32,000 nucleotides of DNA, taken from the NCBI RefSeq assembly GCF_000025685.1, contig NC_013967.1, positions 690,001 through 722,000 on the forward strand, read 5' to 3'. Shown piece by piece: positions 1 through 8,989 of the stretch. Under the pieces are notes generated by a model. That model saw only the letters and a program-made list of their open reading frames with translations. It was not told the DNA's origin and made no database searches. Source of the stretch: Haloferax volcanii DS2. Lineage in GTDB: Archaea > Halobacteriota > Halobacteria > Halobacteriales > Haloferacaceae. How positions within the stretch are numbered: the stretch's first letter is position 1; the number at the start of each line of letters is the position of its first letter. Both the position numbers and the translations under genes were made by a program.

Positions 1-1
1 C

Positions 2-328
2 GCGGGGACGGTCCTCCCGAACGTCCACCTCGAATACCACCAGGACGGCCGGACGTTCGGCCGCCAGCTCGGAACCTACCCGCTTTTGGTCGGGATTCCG
101 GGCGAGCGCGAACTCGGGAAGACTATCGACGTGGCCGTCGTCGACCACGGCTACCGCTCCGTCACCGGCGTCCCCTACCCGCTTGACTTCAACGAGGCGT
201 CGATGGACGAACTCACCGCCATCCCCGGCATCGGGCGGTCGACCGCCGGCGACATCGTGGTGAATCGCCCCTACGCCGACGCGGCCGACGTGGGCGTCGA
301 TGCCGACGTGACGAAGTACGTTCAGTAG
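2..328 (+). CDS. C-terminal part of a conserved protein (5' end outside window) ending in a helix-hairpin-helix motif; possibly the tail of a radical-SAM-type enzyme
   Basis: Frame 2 is open from the window edge to TAG at 326-328, with high GC3. LTAIPGIGRSTAGDIV is a classic HhH signature. Any family call beyond HhH is from memory and weak. Confidence 0.55.
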   Translation, partial: AGTVLPNVHLEYHQDGRTFGRQLGTYPLLVGIPGERELGKTIDVAVVDHGYRSVTGVPYPLDFNEASMDELTAIPGIGRSTAGDIVVNRPYADAADVGVDADVTKYVQ

Positions 329-390
329 CGCGTTCAGTCCTCGAAACGCCGTTCTTCACCTGCAACCGCGCTCTCTCTGCGCGCCCGACG

Positions 391-438
391 CGTTCACTCG
401 CAAGCGTGGTGCGTCGTTCACTTGCAGCCGTGGTCTGT
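391..438. repeat. two tandem copies of a 24-bp unit
   Basis: CGTTCACTCGCAAGCGTGGTGCGT and CGTTCACTTGCAGCCGTGGTCTGT are about 20/24 identical. A related TTCACCTGCAACCGCG lies at 355-370. Confidence 0.6.
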
Positions 439-495
439 CGGTGGGGTGAGCACTGTCGGTGCGGCGGACGGCGTCGAACCGCGAAAAGAGCGCCG

Positions 496-900
496 TCAGA
501 AGTCGTCTTCGACGACCTCGCCGACGGCGAAGTTAGACTTGACTTCGGTGATTTCGACTTTCACGCGCTCGCCGACTTCCGTGCCGGGAACGATGATGAC
601 GTAGCCGCGTTCGACGCGGGCGATACCGTCGCCCTGCTTGCCGATGTCCTCGATTTCGACGTAGCGGAGTTCGCCGGCTTCGACGGGCGGTTGCGGTTCG
701 TTCGTGGGCGTCGGTCCGGCGTTCGGTTCGGACTCGGCGGGTTCGTTCGATTCGCGGGAGATGAGCGCGACGCGGTACGTCTCGCCGGGTTCGACGGTCC
801 CGGTCTCGACTTCGCGGCGCGGAATTTCGACGACGTAGCGGTCGTCCTCGGTGCGAACGTCAGCATTGAACAGACACAGGAGTTTATCTGAGATTTCCAC
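496..900 (-). CDS. TRAM domain-containing protein
   Basis: The C-terminal block YVEIEDIGKQGDGIARVERGYVIIVPGTEVGERVKVEITEVKSNFAVGEVV is a TRAM fold signature. The protein is acidic. GTG start at 898-900; an in-frame stop at 922-924 excludes a longer N-terminus. Confidence 0.8.
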   Translation of the reverse strand: MEISDKLLCLFNADVRTEDDRYVVEIPRREVETGTVEPGETYRVALISRESNEPAESEPNAGPTPTNEPQPPVEAGELRYVEIEDIGKQGDGIARVERGYVIIVPGTEVGERVKVEITEVKSNFAVGEVVEDDF

Positions 901-964
901 CGTAAGACCTCCAATATGTGGTCAGGCCGGAGTGTTAAAGATGTACCGCAGTCAGCGGATTCGA

Positions 965-1660
965 CTACTGAACCCGCGTCCCGTCGGGCCGTTTCGCGCC
1001 CTCCGAGTCGTGGACGACGACCTCGCCCGGCCCGGTCTCGACCGACTCGTACGCGTCGGTGACGCCCCGCGCCTCGCGGAGCTCTCGAACCGCTCGCTCT
1101 TTCAGCGCCCGCGCCAGTTCCTCCGCGTCCGCCCGGGAGATGTCCCGGCCGAGGCCCTCGCACTCGTGGGCGCGGACGACGCCCTCCTCGTCGACGGCCT
1201 CGCCCATCGGCTGGCTCGTGCCGCCGAGGGCGACGCTGAACGGGTAGGTCTCGCAGATGAGCGGGCGGTCCTCGTGGACCTGACAAGCGCCCCGCCCGGA
1301 GTCGTCTCCCTCGTAGAATCGGCAGTCGCCGCAGGCGGTCGTCTGGAGCGCCCACTCGAACGTCTCGCCCTCGGGGCCGTCGTCGCCCTCGACGAGGCCG
1401 TAGGGCATCGGTCGGGCCACGTCCCGCCACTCCATCGGGGTTCCCGACTCGCCTTTCGAGTCGTCTCCGCCGGCCTCCTGCAAGGCGCGCACCTCGTCGG
1501 GGAAGACGGTCGCCGTGTGCGGTTCGGGGCCGTCGTCGCCCTCGTAGCCCTTACAGCAGGCCCCGCAGCGCGTGCACTCGAAGCCGATGGACTCGATGGC
1601 GTCGGCGAGTTCCGACACGTCGAGGTCGCGGGCGCGGTCCAGTTCGGCGTCGAGGTCCAT
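965..1660 (-). CDS. YkgJ-family cysteine-cluster (putative Zn/Fe-S) protein
   Basis: Motifs CTRCGACC and CGDCRFY...CQVHEDRPLICETYPF. I chose the ATG at 1658-1660 (MDLDAEL...) because the ORF-track N-terminal extension is Arg/Ala-rich and non-halophilic. Confidence 0.75.
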   Translation of the reverse strand: MDLDAELDRARDLDVSELADAIESIGFECTRCGACCKGYEGDDGPEPHTATVFPDEVRALQEAGGDDSKGESGTPMEWRDVARPMPYGLVEGDDGPEGETFEWALQTTACGDCRFYEGDDSGRGACQVHEDRPLICETYPFSVALGGTSQPMGEAVDEEGVVRAHECEGLGRDISRADAEELARALKERAVRELREARGVTDAYESVETGPGEVVVHDSEGAKRPDGTRVQ

Positions 1661-1756
1661 ACCCGCGATGCGGGCGCGAGCCCAAAGAGGGGCGCGGTTT
1701 TTCGCGGGGGCGCGACCCCCGGCCACCCGCGGTCTCGGACACCGACGACGCGCGCC

Positions 1757-2545
1757 CTATCGCGGTTCGACTCGCTCGGCCTCGGGGTCCCAGCGGACCC
1801 GCCGCTCGGCGGCCAGTTTCTCGATGTGGGCGACGACCGTCGCGCGGGCGAGGTCGCGCACGGCGGACACGTCCTTGTCGTAGGCGGCGTCGGTCACGGC
1901 GTCCGGCGTCGCGTTCCCGGCGCGCACCGCGTCGAGGACGGCCCGCTCGCGGTCGTTTCGGTGCGCGACGAGTCGCGCGAGCGTCGCCCGCGGGTCCGTG
2001 ATTTCGGGGCCGTGACCCGGACGCAGTCGCTCGGGACCGCGCGCGTGGAGTCGCCTGAGCGCGACGAGGTAGGCCCGAACGTCGCCCTCGGGCGCGCCCA
2101 CGACGACGCTGCCCTCGGCCACCGCGAGGTCGCCGCAGAGCACGTCGTCGCCGGCGACGAAGCTCACGTGGTCGCGGGCGTGCCCCGGCGTGTCGAGCAC
2201 CTCGACGCCCGCGCCGACGGGGACGGTCGTCCCCTCCGCGAACGTCCGGTCGGGGTCGACTCCGGTCGCGGCCGAGAAGGCGCGCTCGCGGCCGCGACGA
2301 CACCAGACCGTCGCGCCGGTCTCGCGGGCGTAGGCGGCGACCGCGCCGACGTGGTCCGCGTGGGTGTGGGTGACCGCGAGGTGGTCGACGCCCTCGCGCG
2401 CGACGAGGTCGTCGAGGCGGTCGGTGCGGGCCGCGGGGTCGACGAGCAGCGTGTCGCCGCCGCCGGCGACGAGGTAGGCGTTCGTCGCGCCGGTCGGCGC
2501 GCGGGTTGCGGTTGCGACGAGGACGGAGACGCGCGTGGCGTGCAT
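1757..2545 (-). CDS. MBL-fold metallo-hydrolase
   Basis: HTHADH (HxHxDH) zinc-binding motif, a later TPGH motif, ATG at 2543-2545, acidic composition. Confidence 0.85.
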   Translation of the reverse strand: MHATRVSVLVATATRAPTGATNAYLVAGGGDTLLVDPAARTDRLDDLVAREGVDHLAVTHTHADHVGAVAAYARETGATVWCRRGRERAFSAATGVDPDRTFAEGTTVPVGAGVEVLDTPGHARDHVSFVAGDDVLCGDLAVAEGSVVVGAPEGDVRAYLVALRRLHARGPERLRPGHGPEITDPRATLARLVAHRNDRERAVLDAVRAGNATPDAVTDAAYDKDVSAVRDLARATVVAHIEKLAAERRVRWDPEAERVEPR

Positions 2546-2659
2546 GGCGGCGGCTACGCTCGCCGGCGGGTTAGGTCGTTCGAGAGAAGTGGTGGCTTGG
2601 TCTGCGGGAGTGCGCCCCCGCGGGCGGTGGTCTGTCGCGCTATCGGTGGGACCGCGAGC

Positions 2660-2932
2660 TTACGTGTTGAGGAAGTAGACCTGCTTTCGCGCGTCCTTGA
2701 AGGAGTAGCGCGAGCCGACGAGGTCGGACTCTTCGAGACGGTTGAGCGCGTAGCGGACGGTACGGTCCGGCAGCAGCGACTCCTCCGCGAGCTGGCCCTG
2801 CGAGAGGGGCGCGTCGCTTTCGAGGACTTTTGCGACGAGCTTCGCGCTCGGGGGAAGCTCGCGGAGGCGCTCTCGGAACTCGGCTTCCGAGAGCAGGTCT
2901 TCAGTATCTGGCTCTGCGGTGGTGGTGCTCAT
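2660..2932 (-). CDS. small winged-helix (MarR/TrmB-like) DNA-binding protein
   Basis: LSQGQLAEESLLPDRTVRYALNRLEESDLV is an HTH-plus-wing pattern. ATG at 2930-2932, with a TATA-like CCTTAACA about 30 bp upstream. The ORF-track start at 2941 is GTG. Confidence 0.7.
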   Translation of the reverse strand: MSTTTAEPDTEDLLSEAEFRERLRELPPSAKLVAKVLESDAPLSQGQLAEESLLPDRTVRYALNRLEESDLVGSRYSFKDARKQVYFLNT

Positions 2933-3053
2933 ACCCGTCACAGTCGGTTGCTCCGTGTTAAGGGTTAGCTACAAGTGTGTGAAAAGAATCCAGACACATA
3001 ATACACATATTAACATCGTGCGTTTGTTGGGAAATCGACCGTGAGTAGGCGTC

Positions 3054-3215
3054 TCACTCCACGTTTCGCATCGTATCGACCGCTGGAGTGCCGAGTCGAT
3101 AGCTCCCGAGCGGCGCGTGACAGTCCGGGCAGTGGACGACGAGCCACCCTTCGCTGACGTGTCGTGTTAACGCGTCCGCCTCGCAGATCGCGCCGCAGTT
3201 TCCACACGTTGGCAT
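3054..3215 (-). CDS. zinc-finger microprotein (53 aa, two Cys pairs)
   Basis: MPTCGNCGAI...HCPDCHAPLG gives CxxC...CxxC(H). GC3 is high in this frame. ATG at 3213-3215. The longer ORF-track N-terminus is Gly/Arg-rich and unlikely. Confidence 0.6.
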   Translation of the reverse strand: MPTCGNCGAICEADALTRHVSEGWLVVHCPDCHAPLGSYRLGTPAVDTMRNVE

Positions 3216-3319
3216 ATACCATGGTGCGCGCTCGGCAGACGAAAACCCCTCCCCTCCGCCCGTCGAACCCCGCTTCCGCACCGCGTATCCAGTACCGTTT
3301 TACGGTCCCCCCCGCGAGT

Positions 3320-4084
3320 ATGCGTAGCGTGAAAGGAAAGGAGTGGTACCAGGCCGACGAGGTCGCCCAGGAGTACGACTCGAAGCGGTTCTCCAAGGGC
3401 GGTCGGCTCATCGACCGGCGAGAGAAGGAGGCGGTCCTCGCGGCGCTCGGCCCCGTCGAGGACAAGAACATCCTCGAAATCGCCTGCGGGACCGGCCGGT
3501 TCACCGTGATGCTCGCCCAGGAGGGGGCGAACGTCGTCGGACTGGACATCTCGCGGGCGATGATGGTACAGGGGCGAGAGAAGGCCCGCAGAGCGGGCGT
3601 CGCCGACCGCATCGAGTTCCTCCGCGGCGACGCGGCGCGGCTGCCGTTCCCGGACGACCACTTCGACGCGGTGTTCGCGATGCGGTTTTTCCACCTCGCG
3701 GACGCCCCGGCGAAGTTCTTAGCCGAGATGGCCCGCGTCTCGAAAGGACAGGTGTTCTTCGACACCTTCAACGACGGGAGCCTCCGGGTGGCCTACAACT
3801 GGCTGCTCCCGATGGGGTCGCGGCTCTACTCGGAACGCGACGTGCGGCGGCTGCTCGGCGACGCCGGACTCGACCTCGCGGGTGCGAAGCACGACTTCGT
3901 CATCCCGTTCGGCTTCTACCGGAAGGTCCCCAACGGCATCGCACAGGCCTTCCGCTCGCTCGACCTCGCCGTCGGCGACTCGCCGCTCGGCGACGACCTC
4001 GCGTCCGTGTCGTACTGGAACGCGCGGGTCGAATCCGCCGACGAGTCGTCTCGCGCGGCGACGCGGGCGAGCGACGCCGAGTGA
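3320..4084 (+). CDS. class I SAM-dependent methyltransferase
   Basis: Motif I ILEIACGTGRFT, followed by VVGLDIS and the acidic-loop pattern of the Methyltransf_11 type. ATG at 3320; the upstream part of the ORF-track entry overlaps the divergent zinc-finger gene. Confidence 0.85.
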   Translation: MRSVKGKEWYQADEVAQEYDSKRFSKGGRLIDRREKEAVLAALGPVEDKNILEIACGTGRFTVMLAQEGANVVGLDISRAMMVQGREKARRAGVADRIEFLRGDAARLPFPDDHFDAVFAMRFFHLADAPAKFLAEMARVSKGQVFFDTFNDGSLRVAYNWLLPMGSRLYSERDVRRLLGDAGLDLAGAKHDFVIPFGFYRKVPNGIAQAFRSLDLAVGDSPLGDDLASVSYWNARVESADESSRAATRASDAE

Positions 4085-4124
4085 GGCGTTCTCACGGCAG
4101 ATTTTAACACGGTTCTCGATTCAC

Positions 4125-4132
4125 ATTTAAGT
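4125..4132 (+). promoter_or_regulatory. TATA-like box (ATTTAAGT) for the GT2 gene; implies a leaderless transcript
   Basis: AT-rich octamer centred about 27 bp upstream of the ATG at 4155, the usual haloarchaeal leaderless spacing. Confidence 0.5.
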
Positions 4133-4154
4133 ACGTCCACCGCAACTGTCGGGT

Positions 4155-5057
4155 ATGGACCTCTCGGTTGTGCTCCCGACGCTCAACGGTCGGGACCGGC
4201 TCGCCACCAGCCTCGACGCGCTGGCCGAGCACGCCCCCGACGCGGAAGTCGTCGTCGTCAACGGTCCCTCCGCCGACGGCACGACCGGGATGGTGAGAGA
4301 GCGCGACGACGTGGACGTGCTGGTCGAAATCTCCGACCGCAACCTCAACGTCGCCCGTAACGCCGGCCTCGAAGTCGCCGGCGGCGACGTGGTCGCACTC
4401 CTTCGATACGACCTCTCCGTCGAGTCGTCGTGGCTGTCGGCGCTCGAAGCCGGCATCGCCGACGGCGACGTGGTTACCGGGCCGATGCACCAGACGCTCC
4501 GCAACGGCATGACGACCGAGTCGCTCGAACGGAACGCCATCGGCGGCCGCACGGTGACGTACTTCAACGGCGGCAACGTCGCGTTCCGCCGCGGGGCCAT
4601 CGACGCCCTCGACGGCTTCGACGAGTACCTCCAGACGGGCGGCGCGCGCGACGCGGCCCACCGCCTCGCCGGGTTCGACCGCTCCGTCGCGTGGGCTCCC
4701 GAGATGTGCGTCCGCCGCGAGTTCGAGGCCGACGGCGGCGTCTCGGAGCGCGACTGGGGCTGGAAGTACCGCTCTCTGACCTATCGACTCGTGAAGAACT
4801 ACGGCATCAGACCGGGGACCGTCAAGCGGACGGTGACACACGCGGTTTCGGACGGCGTCGACGCCGCCCTCGGCGTCCTGCGAGGCGACGTGACGCCGTC
4901 GGGCTGGGTCGGGTCCGTCCGCGACGTGGTCGGCGGCATCGCCACGGGCGTCTCCGACGGGTTGGTCGCCCGCGCCCGCGACCGAACTCGCACGCGGAAC
5001 CCCCACGGCCGGTCGAAGCGCGCCGACCGCGCCGTCGCCCGATACGACCGGCGCTGA
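4155..5057 (+). CDS. glycosyltransferase family 2
   Basis: N-terminal LSVVLPTLNGRDRL...VVVVNGPSADGT...NVARNAG pattern typical of GT-A/GT2 enzymes. Confidence 0.8.
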   Translation: MDLSVVLPTLNGRDRLATSLDALAEHAPDAEVVVVNGPSADGTTGMVRERDDVDVLVEISDRNLNVARNAGLEVAGGDVVALLRYDLSVESSWLSALEAGIADGDVVTGPMHQTLRNGMTTESLERNAIGGRTVTYFNGGNVAFRRGAIDALDGFDEYLQTGGARDAAHRLAGFDRSVAWAPEMCVRREFEADGGVSERDWGWKYRSLTYRLVKNYGIRPGTVKRTVTHAVSDGVDAALGVLRGDVTPSGWVGSVRDVVGGIATGVSDGLVARARDRTRTRNPHGRSKRADRAVARYDRR

Positions 5058-5066
5058 TTCGCCTCC

Positions 5067-5891
5067 TTACTGTTCTCCGGGGCCGAGCGCCGCGATGACC
5101 CGCGCCGCGTTCTTCGAGAACGCCTTCGCCAGCGCGTCTTCCGACACGTCGAGCGTCAGTATCTCCATGACGCCCACGTTCGGGTGGGTCTCGGGCGCGC
5201 CGCTGCCGAACAGCACCCGGTCCGGGTGTTCGAGCAGCGCGCGTTCGAGCACGCTCCGGTAGCGGACGAAACTCGTGTCGAGATAGAGGTCTTCGTGGTC
5301 GTCGAGGAGGTCGATAGCCTCGTCCATCAGCCCGCGGTCGAGCGGGAAGCCGCCGAACCCCGACAGGATGACCGGGAACCGCCCGAGCAGCGACTGGGCG
5401 ACGGCGCTCGGCTCGAAGGCCTGCCCGCCCTCGACGAAGACCGGCAGCCCCACGTCCTCCAGCATCGCCAGCGTCTCGTCGTCCGGGAGCCCGTCGACCG
5501 CCGGCGCGAGCGAAAAACCGTGGAAGCGGTCGTCGTAGGCGTACTGTTCGATGTCGTCGGGGTCGGCGTGGTGGTCCGCCCGCGACGACCTGAAGTTCCG
5601 GAGTCGCGCCGAGGCCCGGCCGCTCGGGTCGCGCGGGCCGTTGATGCGGGCGAACGCCAGAAACGGGCGGTCGACGCTCATCCGCGCGACAGCGTTGTTT
5701 GGGCGGAGGTAGCTCCCCGCGACCCGCTGTGCGCCCGGCGAGACGACGGCGCGAACGACGCCCGCCTGATGCAGTTCGCGCTCCAGGCGCTCGGGGCTTA
5801 TCTCCCGCCCGCGTACCGCGACCGACCGCTCGTCGGGGTCGAGGCGGGCGTTCACGTCCACGACCCTGAACCCGTGTTCCAACTCCAGCAT
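5067..5891 (-). CDS. amidohydrolase-fold (Amidohydro_2/COG2159-like TIM barrel) protein, probably non-catalytic
   Basis: Block order resembles Amidohydro_2: strand-1 VVDVNARL, FHGFSLAP, LPVFVEGGQ, FPVILSGFGG, LYLDTSF, RVLFGSGAP, KNAARVI. The expected His/Asp ligands are replaced (see findings). Confidence 0.7.
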   Translation of the reverse strand: MLELEHGFRVVDVNARLDPDERSVAVRGREISPERLERELHQAGVVRAVVSPGAQRVAGSYLRPNNAVARMSVDRPFLAFARINGPRDPSGRASARLRNFRSSRADHHADPDDIEQYAYDDRFHGFSLAPAVDGLPDDETLAMLEDVGLPVFVEGGQAFEPSAVAQSLLGRFPVILSGFGGFPLDRGLMDEAIDLLDDHEDLYLDTSFVRYRSVLERALLEHPDRVLFGSGAPETHPNVGVMEILTLDVSEDALAKAFSKNAARVIAALGPGEQ

Positions 5892-6038
5892 TGTGGTGTC
5901 ACTCTCCGGTGGCTGTCAAATAGGTTGTAGAATCCGCCGTCGTCGTTTCACCGCGCTCACAGTATCGGCCGCTCGCCCGCCGGGGTTCGTTCATCGACGC
6001 GTGACGTTCATTCCTCCACAACGGTACGGAGAGAGCTT

Positions 6039-6053
6039 GAAACGCAACTTTTT
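6039..6053 (+). promoter_or_regulatory. BRE-like GAAACG plus T-rich TATA substitute (CTTTTTGG) for the HTH_10 gene
   Basis: Centred about 28 bp upstream of the GTG at 6079. This supports a leaderless GTG start. Confidence 0.4.
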
Positions 6054-6078
6054 GGCTTGGTACTCCTATCGTTCACGC

Positions 6079-6729
6079 GTGTGCCTCATCGCCGAGGTCG
6101 TTGCGCCGCTGTCCGCGGTCCCGCTCGGGTCCGCGGTCGAGGAACACGACGTGGAAGTCGAACTGGAACGCTCCGTTCCGACCGCCTCGCGGTCGGTGTC
6201 GTTCGTCTGGGTCCGCGGTCCCGACGCGGCGTCGTTCGGGGAGGCGGTGCGGTCGCTTCCGAGCGTCGACGACCTCACGCTCGTCGAATCCGTCTCGGGG
6301 CGGGTGCTCTACGGCGTCAGCTGGAACGTCTCACAGGTCCCGATTTTCGACGCGCTGGCCGAACGCGACGCGGTCCTCTTGGAGTGCCGCTCGACCGTCG
6401 ACTCGTGGTGGCTCAAGCTTCGGGTGTCGTCGTACCGGGTGCTGACCGACCTCAGACGCGAGTGGGCGGCCCACGGCATCGACACCGAGTTCGACCGCAT
6501 CACCACGGTCGCGGCCGAGGAAGCGCCGCCGGGCGAGGAGCTGACCGACGCGCAGCTCGAAACCCTGCTGCTCGCGCTCGAACGCGGCTACTTCGACGAA
6601 CACCGGGCCACGTCGCTGGCCGAACTCGGCGCGGAACTCGGCATCTCGCGGCAGGCGGTCGCCGCCCGCCTCAAACGCGCGTACCGGACGCTCGCAGAGC
6701 GAATTCGAGACGAGCGACCCCCACAATAG
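6079..6729 (+). CDS. Bat-type HTH_10 family transcriptional regulator
   Basis: The C-terminus LTDAQLETLLLALERGYFDEHRATSLAELGAELGISRQAVAARLKRAYRTL is the HTH_10 signature. GTG start at 6079 (VCLIAEV...) was chosen because the upstream ORF part is Arg/Cys-rich and a TATA-like element lies about 28 bp upstream. Confidence 0.75.
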   Translation: MCLIAEVVAPLSAVPLGSAVEEHDVEVELERSVPTASRSVSFVWVRGPDAASFGEAVRSLPSVDDLTLVESVSGRVLYGVSWNVSQVPIFDALAERDAVLLECRSTVDSWWLKLRVSSYRVLTDLRREWAAHGIDTEFDRITTVAAEEAPPGEELTDAQLETLLLALERGYFDEHRATSLAELGAELGISRQAVAARLKRAYRTLAERIRDERPPQ

Positions 6730-6783
6730 CGGGTTACATAATCAACCCACATCAATAGGTACCCGACTACCCATTCGGATTGT

Positions 6784-7065
6784 ATGGACGACCCGTTCGA
6801 AGATGGAGTTGGGTCCGTGGTAACTACCTCCGTCGACCGGTACGACGAGGTGGCGGTCGCCATCACTTCGGCGGTCGCGACGGCCACGGAACTCAGCCCA
6901 CTCGAACTCCCGCCGCTCTCGGACATCGGCGTCGACCCCGAAGCCCTCGACGTTCTCTTTCACCCCTCTCACGACCCGTCTCGGCGGTTCTCGTTCCAGT
7001 ACGCGGGACACCTCGTCTCGCTGTTCGGCGACGGGACGCTCACCGTCCACCCGCTCGACGAGTAG
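6784..7065 (+). CDS. HalOD1 (halobacterial output domain 1) protein
   Basis: LPPLSDIGVDPEALDVLF matches the conserved HalOD1 core (PPLxDxIDPDALDxLF). Small acidic protein directly downstream of an HTH_10 regulator. Confidence 0.75.
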   Translation: MDDPFEDGVGSVVTTSVDRYDEVAVAITSAVATATELSPLELPPLSDIGVDPEALDVLFHPSHDPSRRFSFQYAGHLVSLFGDGTLTVHPLDE

Positions 7066-7177
7066 CCCTGCGCCCGTTTCGACGGAACCTCGCCCGGTCG
7101 CTGATTCGGGCCGTTGACACCTCGGACGAGATTCGAAAACCTTCGCCCTGTCGTGCGATTTCGTAGCTCACTTCCGG

Positions 7178-7192
7178 CGAAACGTATTTATA
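7178..7192 (+). promoter_or_regulatory. canonical haloarchaeal promoter: BRE (CGAAA) plus TATA (TTTATA) for the thermosome gene
   Basis: CGAAACGTATTTATA, with the TATA box at 7187-7192, 36-41 bp upstream of the ATG at 7228. Confidence 0.6.
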
Positions 7193-7227
7193 GAACTGCA
7201 ATCGTTGATAGCGGTTGAGGTTTCAAC

Positions 7228-8802
7228 ATGGCTTCACGAATGCAGCAACCGTTATACATTCTCGCAGAGGGGACGAACCGAACGCACGGCCGCTCAGCGC
7301 AGGACTCCAACATCCGCGCCGGAAAGGCGGTCGCCGAAGCCGTACGGACCACACTCGGGCCACGCGGCATGGACAAGATGCTCGTCGACTCCTCGGGCGA
7401 GGTCGTCATCACGAACGACGGCGCGACCATTCTGGAGAAGATGGACATCGAGCACCCCGCCGCGCAGATGCTCGTCGAAGTCTCCCAGACCCAAGAGGAG
7501 GAAGTCGGCGACGGCACGACCACCGCGGCCGTCCTCACCGGCGAACTCCTCGCGCACGCCGAGGACCTCCTCGATGACGACCTCCATCCGACGGTCATCG
7601 TCGAGGGTTACACCGAGGCCGCCCGCATCGCCCAGGACGCCATCGACGACATGGTTCTCGACGTGACGCTCGACGACGACCTGCTCCGGAAGGTCGCTGA
7701 GTCCTCCATGACCGGCAAGGGCACCGGCGACGTGACCGCCGACGTGCTCGCCAAACACGTCGTCAAGGCGGTCCAGATGGTCCACGAAGACGACAACGGT
7801 GTGTTCCACCGCGACGACGTTCGCGTGCTCACCCGCACGGGCGCGTCCTCCTCGGCGACCGAACTCGTCGAGGGCGTCGTCCTCGACAAGGAGCCCGTCA
7901 ACGAGAACATGCCGCGGTCCGTCTCCGACGCGACCGTCGCGGTCCTCGACATGAAACTCGACGTGCGCAAGAGCGAGGTCGACACCGAGTACAACATCAC
8001 CTCCGTCGACCAGCTTACCGCGGCCATCGACGCCGAGGACAGCGAACTCCGCGGCTACGCGAAGGCGCTCGCGGACGCCGGCGTCGACGTGGTGTTCTGC
8101 ACCAAGTCCATCGACGACCGCGTCGCGGGGTTCCTCGCTGACGCGGGCATCCTCGCGTTCAAGAGCGTGAAGAAGTCCGACGCCCGGGCCCTCGCCCGCG
8201 CGACCGGCGCGAAGCGCCTCGGCTCGCTTTCGGACCTCGACGAGTCCGACCTCGGCCGCGTCGACGCCGTCAGCATCCGCAGCTTCGGTGACGACGACCT
8301 CGCGTTCGTCGAGGGCGGCGCGGCGGCCAGGGCCGTCACGCTGTTCCTCCGCGGCGGCACCGAACACGTCGTCGACGAACTCGAACGCGCCATCGAAGAC
8401 GCCGTCGACGTAGTCGTCGCCGCCATCGACAAGGGCGGCGTCGTCCCCGGCGCGGGCGCGACCGAAATCGCCATCGCCGACCGCATCCGCTCGGAGGCCG
8501 CCGGCATCGAGGGCCGCAAGCAGCTGGCCGTCGAAGCCTACGCCGACGCCGTCGAGGCGCTCCCGCGCACCCTCGCGGAGAACACCGGCATGGACCCCAT
8601 CGACGCGCTCGTCGACCTCCGCGCCCGCTACGAGACCGAGGGCCTCGCCGGCATCATCTCCTCGGGCCGCTCCGGCGAAATCGGTGACCCCGTCGAACTC
8701 GGCGTCATCGACCCCGTCGCGGTCAAGCGCGAAGCCATCGAGTCCGCGACCGAGGCCGCGACGATGATCGTCCGCATCGACGACGTCATCGCCGCCAAGT
8801 AA
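7228..8802 (+). CDS. cct3: thermosome (group II chaperonin) subunit
   Basis: [16 protein letters not shown] and GDGTTT motifs; 524 aa. The subunit-3 call rests on my recollection of the H. volcanii gene order and on the shorter length compared with cct1/cct2. Confidence 0.9.
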   Translation: MASRMQQPLYILAEGTNRTHGRSAQDSNIRAGKAVAEAVRTTLGPRGMDKMLVDSSGEVVITNDGATILEKMDIEHPAAQMLVEVSQTQEEEVGDGTTTAAVLTGELLAHAEDLLDDDLHPTVIVEGYTEAARIAQDAIDDMVLDVTLDDDLLRKVAESSMTGKGTGDVTADVLAKHVVKAVQMVHEDDNGVFHRDDVRVLTRTGASSSATELVEGVVLDKEPVNENMPRSVSDATVAVLDMKLDVRKSEVDTEYNITSVDQLTAAIDAEDSELRGYAKALADAGVDVVFCTKSIDDRVAGFLADAGILAFKSVKKSDARALARATGAKRLGSLSDLDESDLGRVDAVSIRSFGDDDLAFVEGGAAARAVTLFLRGGTEHVVDELERAIEDAVDVVVAAIDKGGVVPGAGATEIAIADRIRSEAAGIEGRKQLAVEAYADAVEALPRTLAENTGMDPIDALVDLRARYETEGLAGIISSGRSGEIGDPVELGVIDPVAVKREAIESATEAATMIVRIDDVIAAK

Positions 8803-8844
8803 TCGCTCCGCTCGCAGAACGCACTCCCCCCATCAAACCCATCT

Positions 8845-8885
8845 CCGGCGGCGCTCCCGCCGCCGGGGCACTTCGTGTCGCTTTT
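8845..8885 (+). terminator. perfect 9-bp GC hairpin (CCGGCGGCG-CTCC-CGCCGCCGG) followed by a T4 tract
   Basis: Arms at 8845-8853 and 8858-8866; TTTT at 8882-8885; about 43 nt after the thermosome stop codon. Confidence 0.45.
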
Positions 8886-8989
8886 CGCGGTCGTGCCGCC
8901 CACAGCCACTCTCTCCGGAGCCGCGCCGCCGAATAATACCTCTCAACTGGCCGCTACGTTCTTCCGTCGCGAGCGTCGAACTGCACGCC

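Noticed and set aside
851-2968. 705-aa plus-strand ORF spanning three minus-strand genes
   Set aside because: It is an antisense shadow ORF typical of high-GC genomes. The product is Arg/Gly/Ala/Val-rich with no motifs. The opposite strand encodes recognisable YkgJ, MBL and wHTH proteins with acidic composition.
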